A stretch of 64,000 nucleotides of DNA from Podarcis erhardii. Its lineage: Eukaryota. A model generated the notes under the pieces. That model was not told the origin of the DNA and ran no database searches. It saw only the letters and a program-made list of their open reading frames with translations. The translations under genes and the position numbers were made by a program. The stretch lies in NCBI GenBank assembly GCA_964252035.1, contig OZ176203.1, one strand, 5' to 3'. Of this stretch, positions 1-11,763 are shown piece after piece; the stretch's first letter is position 1; every line of letters begins with the position of its first letter.

Positions 1-1099
1 ATGGCTTGAGGCATCCCTCATCTTGGCTTCCTCCTTCAGTTACAACAAGAACCCTCAGAGAGCTGCTACCTCATTTGAAAGAGGTAGCCAGTGGTCTTCT
101 AAAGTCAGCATCAAGTCTCAGGAACTAAAGCCCCCAACAGATGTGCATTACTGGTAATCTGTTTTGCTATAAATCAACAGAGCATTGGCCTGGGGAGGCA
201 TAAGATCCTCACATCAGAAAATTGTTGGGGAGCTATATTTCTAAGGGCATTAAAAAAAAAATTAACATTCTGACATGTGTAATGCAAGTCAGTGTGATGC
301 CCTTGCATGTAAACAGGTTTTTAATATGGAAAATACCAGTATAAACTGAAAATGCAGTCCTATCTAATATGTTTGAAAAAGATAAGAGAGCCCAGTATGT
401 ATTCTGTCTGTAACCTATAATTCCATCTATATAAAGTCATGTGTGGTCAGGTCTTTGATAACGAAGATGCACAGGCAAAAAATTATCCAGAAGCATCCTA
501 ACCATGTAGTTCCTTATTCTCTGTGCTTTTGAGGTTTTGCAACTCTCTATCACAATGCCCATTTCTTGTTAAGTAATATGTTTACTTACAGAAGAGGTTT
601 CACGAGACTGAAAAAACCTAGTCAAAGTGCTTGATGCTGTCTATAATAAAAGTTCAGCCTTGTCTCCATGTACACCAAAATAAGACTATAAGGTTCTGCT
701 GGTTCAGATTAATGGTCTATCTCATCTAGCATCCTGTTTTACAGTGGCAGCTTCAAGCATCTGGGAAGTCTACAAGCAAGCATGAAGGCAACAGCTACTC
801 CCTGTTGTTTGCCTCTTCCTTCAGTCATTAGTATTAACAACTGCATTACCTCTGAACAAAGAGCCTATATTTACAAGTCATGGTGAATAACCACTGATAG
901 ATCTATTATCCCACGAAACATCTAATGGCAGCAAATTCCTGAGGTTATTTATGCACTGTATGAATAAGCACTTTCTTTGGTCTGTCCTGATCTTACTGTG
1001 AAAAGCTGAGTTCTAGTACAATGTTCTAGTACTGAGTTCAGCAAAGAAGAATCTCTCTCTACCCCCTTTTTCCATACTATAAATCTCTATAAACCTCTG

Positions 1100-1817
1100 T
1101 CACGGGTGTAGGAAGGGGGGGGGGCGGTTCGCCCCAGGTGTCATCCCAGGGTGTGTGTGTGACAAAATCCCGGCTGGGCATGAGCTCTGAAATGTCAGGA
1201 CTTTGCAGATAATTTGTGACTCTTTGCAGAATTGACAGTACCCCAGCCTAAATATACGTATGACTTTTCCAGAGGGTTAATGATGGCTGAATCTTAAGCC
1301 ACTGTACATTGCATTTACCATCTCTGTGCAATGGAAGGGACATTGCTGGGCAGTAATAGTAATATCTGAAAGTACCTGCAATGAAATATAAAGAGTTTGT
1401 CTGCACCAACTAATTTTCATGCCCTTTGTATTTGCAGATACTTAAGTAGCTTGTCCCATTACCCACACACCTCATGATCCTTGATAGCTGGCACTTCTAC
1501 TTATAGTGTCTCAGCAGGAAAGTTAGTAACTCACCAGATACTAACTGCAGAAAGTTTGGTGCCTGGTTTCTCTTGCTTAAAAGGACAGAAATCTGTATTA
1601 TCCTTTAGCATGAGCCACCAAGAACATTGCAAAAGGTGGAGAAGAGCTTGTGTCGTGTAGTAATAAAGAGGGTGGGGTGCGACGATTGCACCCCTAACCT
1701 GGCGTGATTGCCACTGTGTCAGATCGCACCCCCCGGGCGTGATCACCCTGGGCGGATCACCCCGCCCCCGGGTGCACGGCACCACTCTGGGTGCCCCAAG
1801 CGGCTAGCTCCACCACT
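1100..1817. mobile_element. GC-rich hAT-like MITE split into 1100-1183 and 1677-1817 by an inserted ~0.5-kb duplicated segment
   Basis: Right end ctagctccaccactg (TIR-like), left end c.gggtgtaggaaggggg; TSD not clean. Confidence 0.45.
1184..1676 (+). repeat. Inverted duplicate, copy A (partner 16287-16787)
   Basis: Manual alignment to the reverse complement of 16287-16787: about 11 substitutions and one 8-bp indel. Confidence 0.93.
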
Positions 1818-2278
1818 GGTCACAGGCAGAGGCATACCTAGACTCCCTTGTGCCCTTCGCAAGGAGCCCCTTGCCCCATCCCTTGTATTCTTCTGCTGAG
1901 GTGCTCAGAAGAGTCTGCATGCCTTGCACAGCCACAAAGAGCAGTGGAGGAGCATTCGACCGAGTAAGCAGATGGGCTGAGGCCAACCTGAGTACGTCCC
2001 TGGTCACAGGGATGGATAATCTTTTTTCAGCCCAAGGGCCACCCCGTTTCATGGCCAATGTGCCAGCAACCACAGGCCAGTGATGGGAGAGTAAGAGGCA
2101 AAGGAGGGCATAGCAATGGATGCAATTCTTCCCTTTGTACAGTAGGCTACATTCCGGTCATAGAAAAATCAGAGGTCTCTACATCATTCAATCTGCCATC
2201 CACACAAGCAAGTGACGTTGTCACAGTTTAAAGACACATGTCAGCCAGGCAAAAACAGTCAAGTGCAGAGCCAAGTAA

Positions 2279-2634
2279 GGGACACGGGTCGTGCTGTGGG
2301 TTAAACCACAGAGCCTAGTACTTGCCGATCAGAATGTCGGCGGTTCGAATCCCCGTGATGGGGTGAGCTCCCATTGCTCGGTCCCTGCTCCTGCCAACCT
2401 AGCAGTTCGAAAGCACGTCAAAGTGCAAGTAGATAAATAGGTACCGCTGTGGTGGGAAGGTAAACGGCATTTCCGTGCGCTGCTCTGGTTCGCCAGAAGT
2501 GGCTTAGTCATGCTGGCCACATGACCCTGAAGCTGTACGCCAGCTCCCTCGGCTAATAAAGTGAGATGAGTGCCGCAACCCCAGAGTCAGGCACGACTGG
2601 ACCTAATGGTCAGGGGTCCTTTTACCTTTACTTT
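2279..2634 (+). mobile_element. Sauria SINE (tRNA-derived head, Bov-B-type tail)
   Basis: GGGAC..GGGT..GCTGTGG head, B-box GGTTCGAATCC, conserved body, (ACCTTT)-type tail; near-identical to 11 other copies in the window. Confidence 0.85.
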
Positions 2635-3788
2635 GCAGAGCCAAGTCAGTAAGAGACACTGTTTAGGGGTAGAGTACCAGGGACTAGTAAGTGAGATCTG
2701 GAGGGCAACATTTTGCTCCTGGGCCTGATGTTTCTAACCCTGGCACTAGTATGTCTCCTTTGCTGCCAATTTTCTCTGAACTAAAAAGCATTAGTGTTTG
2801 GTCTTTTATTGTTTTTAAAACCTAGAGCTGCTGATATGAGGTGGGAGCAGAGACTTCATAATGAGGAAATGGGGATATTTGACAATAGGGTGCCGCATCT
2901 GTAGTCAAATTGTACAATCTATCAGCTTTGAACTCTGTAACATCATTCTGCTGCATAAGTACTACTGTGCTAGAAGTTGATGGAGGGGGAAAGGAGTTAC
3001 TTCAGTCCTGTCTGGAGTTTTGAGACTATAATTCTTTCCAACAGACAGTGCAAAAGAGACTTTCCCATGATTAGCAGACTTCCCCATCATCCCTGGTCAC
3101 ATGGTATATGTATCAATGGTGGGGAGTCAAATGTTGAATGCACGTCAAAACTGAACATATCAGGGGAAAGGGTAAAACTGTATGGAAAAGCATTCAGATA
3201 TTTGGCATTTGACAGAATCCAGCTGCAAATAAATGTCATGGTACTGTGGATTACGTAACTTGAATTTAAAAGCAGCTTCCTCCATATATTTAACCAAATT
3301 TGCAATTGTCAGCATGTGTGATGCTCAGGCCTGGCTGAAGACATCTTGCAGCCTGGAATGAAAGTAATTTCAGGCACAGAAACTGAGTGGACTCACAATG
3401 GAACAACATCTTCTGCTGTACCTGAGGGTAGATTAGGAGTAGAGATGGATTTGGGGAGAGAACTGGTTCAGTCGCACTGGGTGCAGAGTCTCAGTGGCAC
3501 CACAGGGGGCTCTGCAACTATTATGTAGAATAGAAGGTGAGGGGCCGGGCGGGGGCACCAAATTTTGGTATTGCACAGGGCTAAAATTTGAGACCCCAAG
3601 TTACAACACTGTTGTTAGCAAGCTAGCTTCGGGGGCTGTTGCAGCCCCAACCTGAGGCAGCTGCCATATTGCTTAATGGCAGTGAACTTTGGAAACAAGT
3701 TTCTTAAGTGCAAACAAGAGCACCACAAATCACATAATCCATAAATGGAATCATGTTTAATGCATCACTGAAGTCACACAAAGTACTA

Positions 3789-4030
3789 CAGTGGTACCTC
3801 AGGTTAAGAACTTAATTCGTTCTGGAGGTCCGTTCTTAACCTGAAACTGTTCTTAACCTGTGGTGCCACTTTAGCTAATGGGGCCTCCCACTGCCGCCGC
3901 TCCACCATTGCACGATTTCTGTTCTCATCCTGAAGCAAAGTTCTTAACCCGAGGTACTATTTCTGGGTTAGTGGAGTCTGTAACCTGAAGCGTCTGTAAC
4001 CTCAAGCATTTGTAACCCGAGGTACCACTG
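3789..4030. mobile_element. Tc1/mariner-pogo type MITE, family A
   Basis: TIR CAGTGGTACCTC(A/G)GGTTA at both ends, TA duplication. Confidence 0.85.
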
Positions 4031-5659
4031 TATTTTGATCACATGCCTACATTAAAAAACAAACAAACACCTGAGCATTTCATTGCTTTTTGGAAAGACT
4101 ACACTATAAAATACTAAGCAGGTGACAGCTTATTAAAAATGGCACATCACACAGCATATTAATAGCTTGCCTCTTAACACCAGTTAACTGTCAGTAACTG
4201 AACAAATATGACTCAAACTTGATTACATTTACAACTCATGGACTGATTTGCATTAACTGGTGTGGAATTTACTTGTACAAAATCCCCCACACTAAAATCA
4301 AGAGATGCTTCAGGGAATTGACATACATAGATACCCCAGGTAATTTCCTATGGAATGACTGCTTTTGAGTTTAGGCTTGTATCATCCCATTCATTATGTA
4401 ACACAACTTCTTCTTTTTTAAGCTGGGGAGGTCCTGAAAACCCCACAAAACAGACGATACAGAATACAGCACCATGGCCCTTTCAAAACATTTTCCATTT
4501 TTTGTCACAGAAACCCACGAGATGCTTTAAGTTCTTTAGTCAGACCATGATATACAAAACCTATCTACACCACAAAACCTCACTTTTCACCAAAACCTGA
4601 TACTTGTTTCTAGGTAAACAAAACATTGGCTAAATGTCAAGTAGACGTCACAGTTCTTCCCTTTTTAGTGTGGCAGGTTCTGTTTTGAGTTGGCTTTCTT
4701 GTCTAGCTAATTAGATTTTATTTGTGGATGTGTGCCCTTGCTTGCCATAGGTGTCCTCTTACTGCTAAAGGAAGATCACACGCTCATTCCTATTTTATAT
4801 TTGAATGAGAACACGCCCCCGTGTATTTTGGGGGACTCAACATTTAGAAAATGGGGTGAGATTGTCCAGAGTTGTTGAGCAACAAAGAAACCGTTCACCG
4901 CCAGCTACTGCCTATCGCCTGCCTAAATGCCGCTGCAACACCCAATCAAAAAAAGGCCTTGCCGCAGTAAAAAAAATCCTCGTCTTATACCCGGAAAAGT
5001 ACGATACCTTGCTGCCATCATGATATGAAGTCTGGACCTTGGTTTCAAGAACCACTTGTGCTGAGATTATGATATCTGCAACAACGCTGAGCATCCACAC
5101 CACCAGAGCCCATCAGGCTAAAATATAAACGCCTTCATCTTACGGTAGATATCATATCTAGCAATTTTAACTTTCCCCTCTGCTTTTTGGAGTTTCTTTT
5201 GTGGGGGGGAACTGATGAAGTAAGGTTTGGTCTATGAAAGCCACGATCTGTCGGTTTCTTTTTAAAATGCCGTTAACACTCTGGGGGCGGGGGGGAACGA
5301 AGCATGAAAAACATGAGGTGAATAGATGCTGTCACTTCCCATACTGTTTTTTTTAGGTATACTTCAGCCATAGGGAGGGGAAATGCCATCGACTCCTTAA
5401 AAGGGTAGTCTGACCTAATCACTCGTAAGAACAACACGCAAAGGGGAAACAGTTGCATCTGAAATGTGTAGCAAGTGCAAGCACCACACAGAGGACTTAA
5501 CAGAGGACTTAACAAACTACTGATAAAGTGAGTAGAGGGAATACTATGTTCTGTTCTTTTCAAAACAAGGCATTTAAACTGCTGCTGTGGGAGTCAAATT
5601 TTCTGATGTGACTATGAAGCAGGCACTTCTTTAGAGCGGAGAGAGAAGCAATTTGTGGA

Positions 5660-6500
5660 GAATATTTATGATACAGCAATGTTCATAGAAGCATGCAGCA
5701 GGGCAAATTGGCAATTAAACTTAAGGGAATATGCAGGGATGGAGAAGCTCACCGGAAGAATAAGAAATCAAGAAGAGAGACTTTTTACAATGGAAGGGGG
5801 AAAATTTATTGATTATTTCAGGACATATTGTAAACAAATTTAAACATTAGTGGGATGGACATAAGCACGTGCAGTAAGAGATAACTAGGGGGGGATAAAG
5901 GAAAATTTATAAATATATTTGAATTGGATATGCAGCAACAAAAAGATATGAAAGTAATAACTGCAGAAGGGAGAGGAGGGAAGTTAAGTTAAGGGGAAGG
6001 TAAATTAGATTTATAAAGAGTTTGCTTTTCTGGCTAAAATGTTTCTGTAAGTTGAAAAATAAGAAGCATGTAGTAGGACTGTAGCTAACATCTGTTGCAG
6101 GAATACAAATAACTTTAATTTCAATTGCAACATTGCTAATGTTTCTAATTGAGGTGGGAGTTAGAACCAGAAATTAAGCCTTATATTAAAAGAGTACTGG
6201 GGGGGGGGACGGACTGGATCAGTACAAGTTACAGATAGGTAGCCGTGTTGGTCTGCCATAGTCAAAACAAAATAAAAAAATTCCTTCCAGTAGCACCTTA
6301 AAGACCAACTAAGTTAGTTCTTGGTATGAGCTTTCGTGTGTATCTGAAGAAGTGTGCATGCACACGAAAGCTCTTACCAAGAACTAACTTAGTTGGTCTT
6401 TAAGGTGCTACTGGAAGGATTTTTTTTATTTTGTTTTGGATCAGTACAAGTTTTTAAAGAATAAAGGATAGATAATTATAGGATATGAAGTAATATTAAG
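5660..6500 (+). mobile_element. Decayed L1-clade 3' end (ORF2 terminus and 3' UTR)
   Basis: EYAGMEKLTGRIRNQEERLF..GKFIDYF aligns with DYMQLAEMTGRIRDLGEEKM..EKFKKYL of the young L1; interrupted by the hairpin element at 6231. Confidence 0.65.
6231..6436. mobile_element. Penelope-like (PLE) terminal fragment with inverted repeat, 16-bp flanking duplication
   Basis: 78-bp inverted arms 6263-6340 / 6361-6438; flanking direct repeat TGGATCAGTACAAGTT (6215-6230, 6437-6452); ctgaagaagtg..cacgaaagct..gttggtctttaaggtgc is typical of reptile PLE termini. Confidence 0.7.
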
Positions 6501-6699
6501 CTGTTATTTACAAACTAGTTTAATCAATATCCATTTTTAAAGAATGTGATAATGACTTTACAGTTCCCTTTTAAAAATGAATCTTTTCTTTAAAACTTTT
6601 TATTTCTAGGATGCATTAAAATGTCTTCCCACTTGTTCTAAAGTAGTCCAGCCCTATGCATGTTTTACAATATCTGGTGCTTTTTAGTTTAGAAAAAAA

Positions 6700-7160
6700 G
6701 GCAATCAAGAGGGGACATACAGAGGTGTGAAAAATACCACACAGTGTGGAGAAAGTAGGCAGAGAGACTTTTTCCTCGTTCTCTTCTAATACTTGAACTC
6801 AGAGTCACCCAATGAAGCTGCAAATTTCAGGAGACACAAGAAGAAGTGTCTCAGCAAATGAGAAAACAGAATTTGCTGACATGTTGCGATGGGCGCCACA
6901 CAATGACTTTAGAAGGGGCTTAGACAAATTGGTGGAAGATAAGGCTAGCCTATTCATGATGTGGGGGTGCTATCTCACGTAATGGAAATGGTATACCTGG
7001 GGTATACCTGTAAATACCAGCTGCAGGTGAACATAAATGGAGAAAGTGCTGTTGGACTCGTGTCCTGCTTTTGGGCTTCCTATAAACATCTGCTTGGCCA
7101 CTATGAGAAAAGGATGCCAAACAAGATTGGCTTTGTTCTGATCACAGAGGGGTGTGCATG
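6700..7160 (+). mobile_element. Decayed CR1-clade LINE 3' end (similar remnants at ~680-1000, ~47355-47880 and ~43065-43255 on minus, ~8340-8420, ~33625-33690)
   Basis: Recalled squamate CR1 3' motifs (gagtcacccaatgaagctg, ttctatgattcta-type tail, tagaatcatagaa..gtagagttggaaggg). Confidence 0.5.
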
Positions 7161-7169
7161 GCACTGTGA

Positions 7170-7501
7170 TCTAAACCACTGAGCCTCTTGGGCTTGCCGA
7201 CCAGAAGGTTGGCGGTTCGAATCTGCACAACAGCGTGAGCTCCCACCATTGCTCTGTCCCAGCTTCGGCCAACCTAGTAGTTTGAAAGCATGCCAGCACG
7301 AGTAGATAAATAGCTGCGGCTGGGAAGGTAAACGGCGTTTCTGTGCGCTCTGGCACTCGTCATGGTGTCCCATTGCGCCAGAAGCGGTTTAGTCATGCTG
7401 GCTATGCGACCCTGGAAAGCTGTTTGTGGACAAACGCCAGCTCCCTCAGCCTGAAAAGCAAGATGAGCACCGCAACTCCATAGTCGCCTTTGACTGGACT
7501 T
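7170..7501 (+). mobile_element. Sauria SINE, 5'-truncated, divergent subfamily
   Basis: Same head/body with a distinct 3' half (ctggcactcgtcatggtgtcccattgcgcc..., tttgtggacaaacgcc). Confidence 0.75.
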
Positions 7502-7504
7502 AAT

Positions 7505-7974
7505 ATAATAATAATAATTTATTATTTATACCCTGCCCATTTGGCTGAGTTTCCCCAGCCACTCTGGGCGGCTCCAAATCAAGTGTTAAAAACAATACAG
7601 CATTAAATATTAAAAACTTCCCTAAACAAACAGGGCTGCCTTCAGATGTCTTTTAAAGAGAAGATAGCTGCTTATTTCCTTCACATCTAAAGGGAGGGTG
7701 TTCCAAGGGTGGGCACCACTACCAAGAAGGCCCTTTGCCTGGTTCCCTGTAACCTCACTTCTCACAATGAGGGAACTGCCAGAAGGCCCTTGGCACTGGA
7801 TCTCAATGCTGAACGATGGGGGTGGAGACGCTCCTTCAGGTATACAGGACCGAGCCCGTTTAGGACTTTAAAGGTCAGCACCAACACTTTGAATTGTGCT
7901 CGGAAACGTACTGGGAGCCAATGCAGATCTCTCAGGACTGGTGTTATGTGGTCCTGGCGGCCACTCCCAGTCTC
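7505..7974 (-). mobile_element. L2-clade LINE 3' fragment
   Basis: LHWLPVRFRAQFKVLVLTFKVLNGLGPVYLKERLHP; typical 3' UTR (ccgcccagagtggctggggaaac) and (AAT)n tail. Confidence 0.82.
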
Positions 7975-10900
7975 AGGCCTCTTAAGCTGTGGTGGTGAGT
8001 GCAGGCCCCGCCCCCTAGGCCCAATGGAGTTGGCTGGAGAGGGAGTGGTCTTCCTAGCACTCACAAGAGCAGCAACAGCAACTTAACCATCCAGAGGCCC
8101 TTTAACTTTTTTTTAGCTACCTGTTCTTACCCCCCCATTGATTAGATTTACTCCCAAAGAGGTATGCATAGGATTGTCCCCACAGGACCCAAACCTGTCC
8201 ACATTTATATGGACACTGTGTCCACTGGAGCTTACTTCCAAGTAAGCATTGGCAGGGGGCTTCAATCCTCGGATAACATCCAAGCTGCCTGCCCACTCAT
8301 GCAATGGAAGCTAGTGGAACAACAGGATCCCTGGTTTCTCTTAGAATCATAGAATTGTAGACCATGAAGGGACCTTGAGTGTCATCTAGTCCAACCCCCT
8401 GCAATGCAGGAATCTCAACACGTGGTTCCCCTGTGTGTCACCCAACCCTCTGGAGCAGATTTTTGGCACACACAGTGGGCTACAGGGGTAAGGGAAGGAA
8501 AGAGAAGCCCTGTTATGTGTGTGAACGCTCACACAACATTGGATCTCACTCCATACACAACATTGGATCTCACTCCAAGTGGTGTATGAATAGGCTTCAC
8601 AATGTTTTGTTGTTTATGTTAAATGAACAGTGACCTTGTAATATACTTTGGCTTTTTAAGTGGGGCAGAAACGTAATATTCACAATGCATTTTCTCATAT
8701 ATATTTTATCCCACAGTAAGTTTGATCCCCCCCTCAAAATAACAGTACACTCTTATATTTATATTCAAAACTCAGTTCCACTGTATTCAGTGGCACTCAT
8801 TAAGATAAATGTGCATACGATTGCAGCCTCCGACTTTTTATTTAAGAACAACTGCAAATCATACACTTTCAAAAAGTGTTGTCATTGCTTTCAGTGTGAT
8901 AATGATCATTGCACTTTATGTATATTTGACAGTTAAATATTATTTTAATGTACCAAATCTGACAAGTTGAGGGTTATGGTTGTGTATCTTTTAACCACTT
9001 CATTAGAGCGAAAGGTTCTATACATGCTGGTTTGTATCACTGCATAATGTATGTTTAATGCATTCAGCAACTCATTTTGACATCTCTAGGGTTCTCTGCC
9101 AATTCAAGACATTAATAGATATGACACTAAGAGTTTTTCACTTTTTACAGGCAATCACATTTCAAAACTTCACACAACTATATCTATATGCTATGTTCCC
9201 GTTAGATACTGGTCATCCTAATCTCACATTGGCAATAATTCAGTATCATTTTGTGTATGGACACCTGCATTTACTTCACTCATCCTCTCTTGATATTTTG
9301 ACGGGCTTTCTTCTTTATGAACTAGATAAATTTACAAAGCTGATTTTTTATCTATCGCAATTTTTCCCCGGACACAAAAATCTGGAAAAGGACATTTCAT
9401 TAATGTATTGAGTTTGAACAGAATATGGAACGGAACCGGTATACTTAAGCATAAAAACATACTAAAATGTTACAAAATCTTCTTTATTTTGCAGTTGTGA
9501 GGTCTGATTTGACATTGTGTGTATGCAACAACCCTTAAAGGAGGCTAGAATTGCACCAATCAGCCACAGAGTGAGAAGAGGGATGGAGGGGGACTTTTCA
9601 CAGTTTAGTCAAGCGCATACTTAACTTTGTCCTGTTCAAATAACCCAGCCTATTTGTGGAGTTCTCACTGTCCAATACATCTTCCATACACAACTATAAC
9701 CATGCAGAAATTATTGAAATGGAGGAGCATTTCAGCCCACCAATTCCCACAGCCCATCAAAACAGATAATGAGGATTCCAGCTTCCCTTAAAGAGCTGTG
9801 CAAATGCTTTGCTGGCTGTGAGATAGGGGCATTACATCTATAGCTCCTATTTCATGCATTTCTGTCTAGGGATACAAATACAGATGCTAGCTTCTCAGCA
9901 CGTAAAGCCCCTGGTTAGTTCAGGGCACTGCTATATAAGCACAACAAATTCAAAAACACTTGAAGCAAACTGCTGTTAACATTGCAACTACTGGAAACCC
10001 CAAAATTAGGAATCACATATAAATAATATTGTGAAATACACAGAAATTGGGAGGAGCAGTTCTATCTATTCATGTCTTCTATTAAAAACTCCCTTGCACT
10101 TGAAACAAAAAATCATTAGGAGTTGTGCCAGCAAAGTCTCTTCCTTCCTCTTTTCTGCATCTGTTGTCTCCACCCCGCCCTCCTAAGCTAGGTTAGTTTT
10201 TGTACTTGCACAAAACGTAATTCTCAATAAACACACTATGGACTGAGCTCTAAGTTGTTGTTGCTGCAGCAGATATACTACAAATCAAAGAATATACCCT
10301 CATCATCCAAGACAGCTAGTGAGGTGCAGAAATAATGTTACTACAAACTGAACTAATATCCTGTTTTTATTAACTGTGCCACAAGACAGCTTTGTAAGAC
10401 AGTCGTGAAGCAATCTGTGTGGCTGAGGGTTGCTAACTATACAACACACTAGACTGAGCAGAGTGAAACTCCATGTAAGTTTGGGAGCTGAAAGCCACAC
10501 AACCACTTCTGCTGCCGCAACCAACCATTGTAAGCTTTCTAACCACTGTGGAGTGTAGATGAATGAACCTAGACTTCATTTCTTCCCCCCCTCATACAAC
10601 CATAGCCATGCAGGATGGAAAAATTGTTGGACTAGTGAAAAGGTTTATGAAGTAGTATGTACGTGCAAAGTTTTATTTGGTAAATAAGGAGTTACTGTGC
10701 TGAAAGTAAGAGGTGGGTTTGTGCACCGGGTCGGGGGGAGGGTTCTTAATGGGCGTGCAATCCTAAAATAATATCACAAACTTATTTCCCCCTTCGACAC
10801 ACCATGAAACAAAGGGTGTGCATGTGTGTGAAGAAGTGAGTCTGAGCATGTTGGAGGTGTTTGGGGAGAGGATACAACCTCTTTAAACAATGCAAAGGCT

Positions 10901-11763
10901 CAATTCACATGAAAGAAGTTCACACACAAAATATTGTACTTGTTTTTGGAAAAGTAAATCTTCAGGACCTACTTCTAAAATGCTAGAGAGCTGCAGTCAA
11001 AGCTCTGACTGTTTTTGTTTTTTAAAAATAAATAAATGAATAAATATATTATTGGCTGCTTCCCTGGCCTTTGAGCTCCCACCTCTGTTTGCTTACCACT
11101 TTCCCTTTAACAGCACACAATTGCTTCCGTTCTTAAGACTGACGTGAGGATTACAGACAGAAGTTAGTCAGGTAGTTACCAGAGAGAGCAGGCCACTGGG
11201 ACAGGTGGGCTTTGGAATTTCCATTCCCAGGGAGACTGCATGGGCAATATTTCACAGGGTGAAAAAAAATAGCCACATCAGAAGATTTGACAGTGTATTT
11301 TGCATCATTGCAAGGATTTAGTATTTCTGACCTGGTCTGCCAACGATCCTTTCAGACAGAAAGTTTGTTCTGTCATACTGTTCCAAGTCTAGTGTCATGG
11401 TGTCAGTTTCAGAAAGCAGGTTTCTCCTTTTATTAATACTGCCAGTGAGCAGTTAGGTTAATCCCGAAGAAACCAGAGGCATGGCTTTTGGCCCTTCCTT
11501 TCAAGTTATTAAGTTGCTTTATCTCATTTCAAACTTCTGATCTTCTATAGACTGCTGTTTTGAAATCCAAACTTAAAGAGTTGGAATTATATTTTTTAAA
11601 AGAAGAAGAAATAATTTAACTACTAATTTAATTACTTGGTTTTACACAAGGCTAACCTATTGACCACTTGCAATGAAAAATATGATTGCCTACATTAAAC
11701 ACAACGCACACCCCTGCCCCTTCTGTTTTTCTAGGTCTCCTAAGCTTCCTGGATATATCAGCT

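Noticed and set aside
4860-5160. Possible decayed Tc2/pogo-type end (cgtcttatacccggaaaagtacg)
   Set aside because: Only one TIR-like motif and no clear partner end; too weak to list.
1-11600. Search for UBAC2 exon 5 (expected F-LAPVFALFVPF...GLQ)
   Set aside because: No matching minus-strand sequence with splice sites found; probably lies left of the window.
11686-11763. 26-aa N-terminal extension of GPR183 in the ORF track
   Set aside because: Starts at TTG and crosses a polypyrimidine tract and AG acceptor at 11734; mostly intronic.
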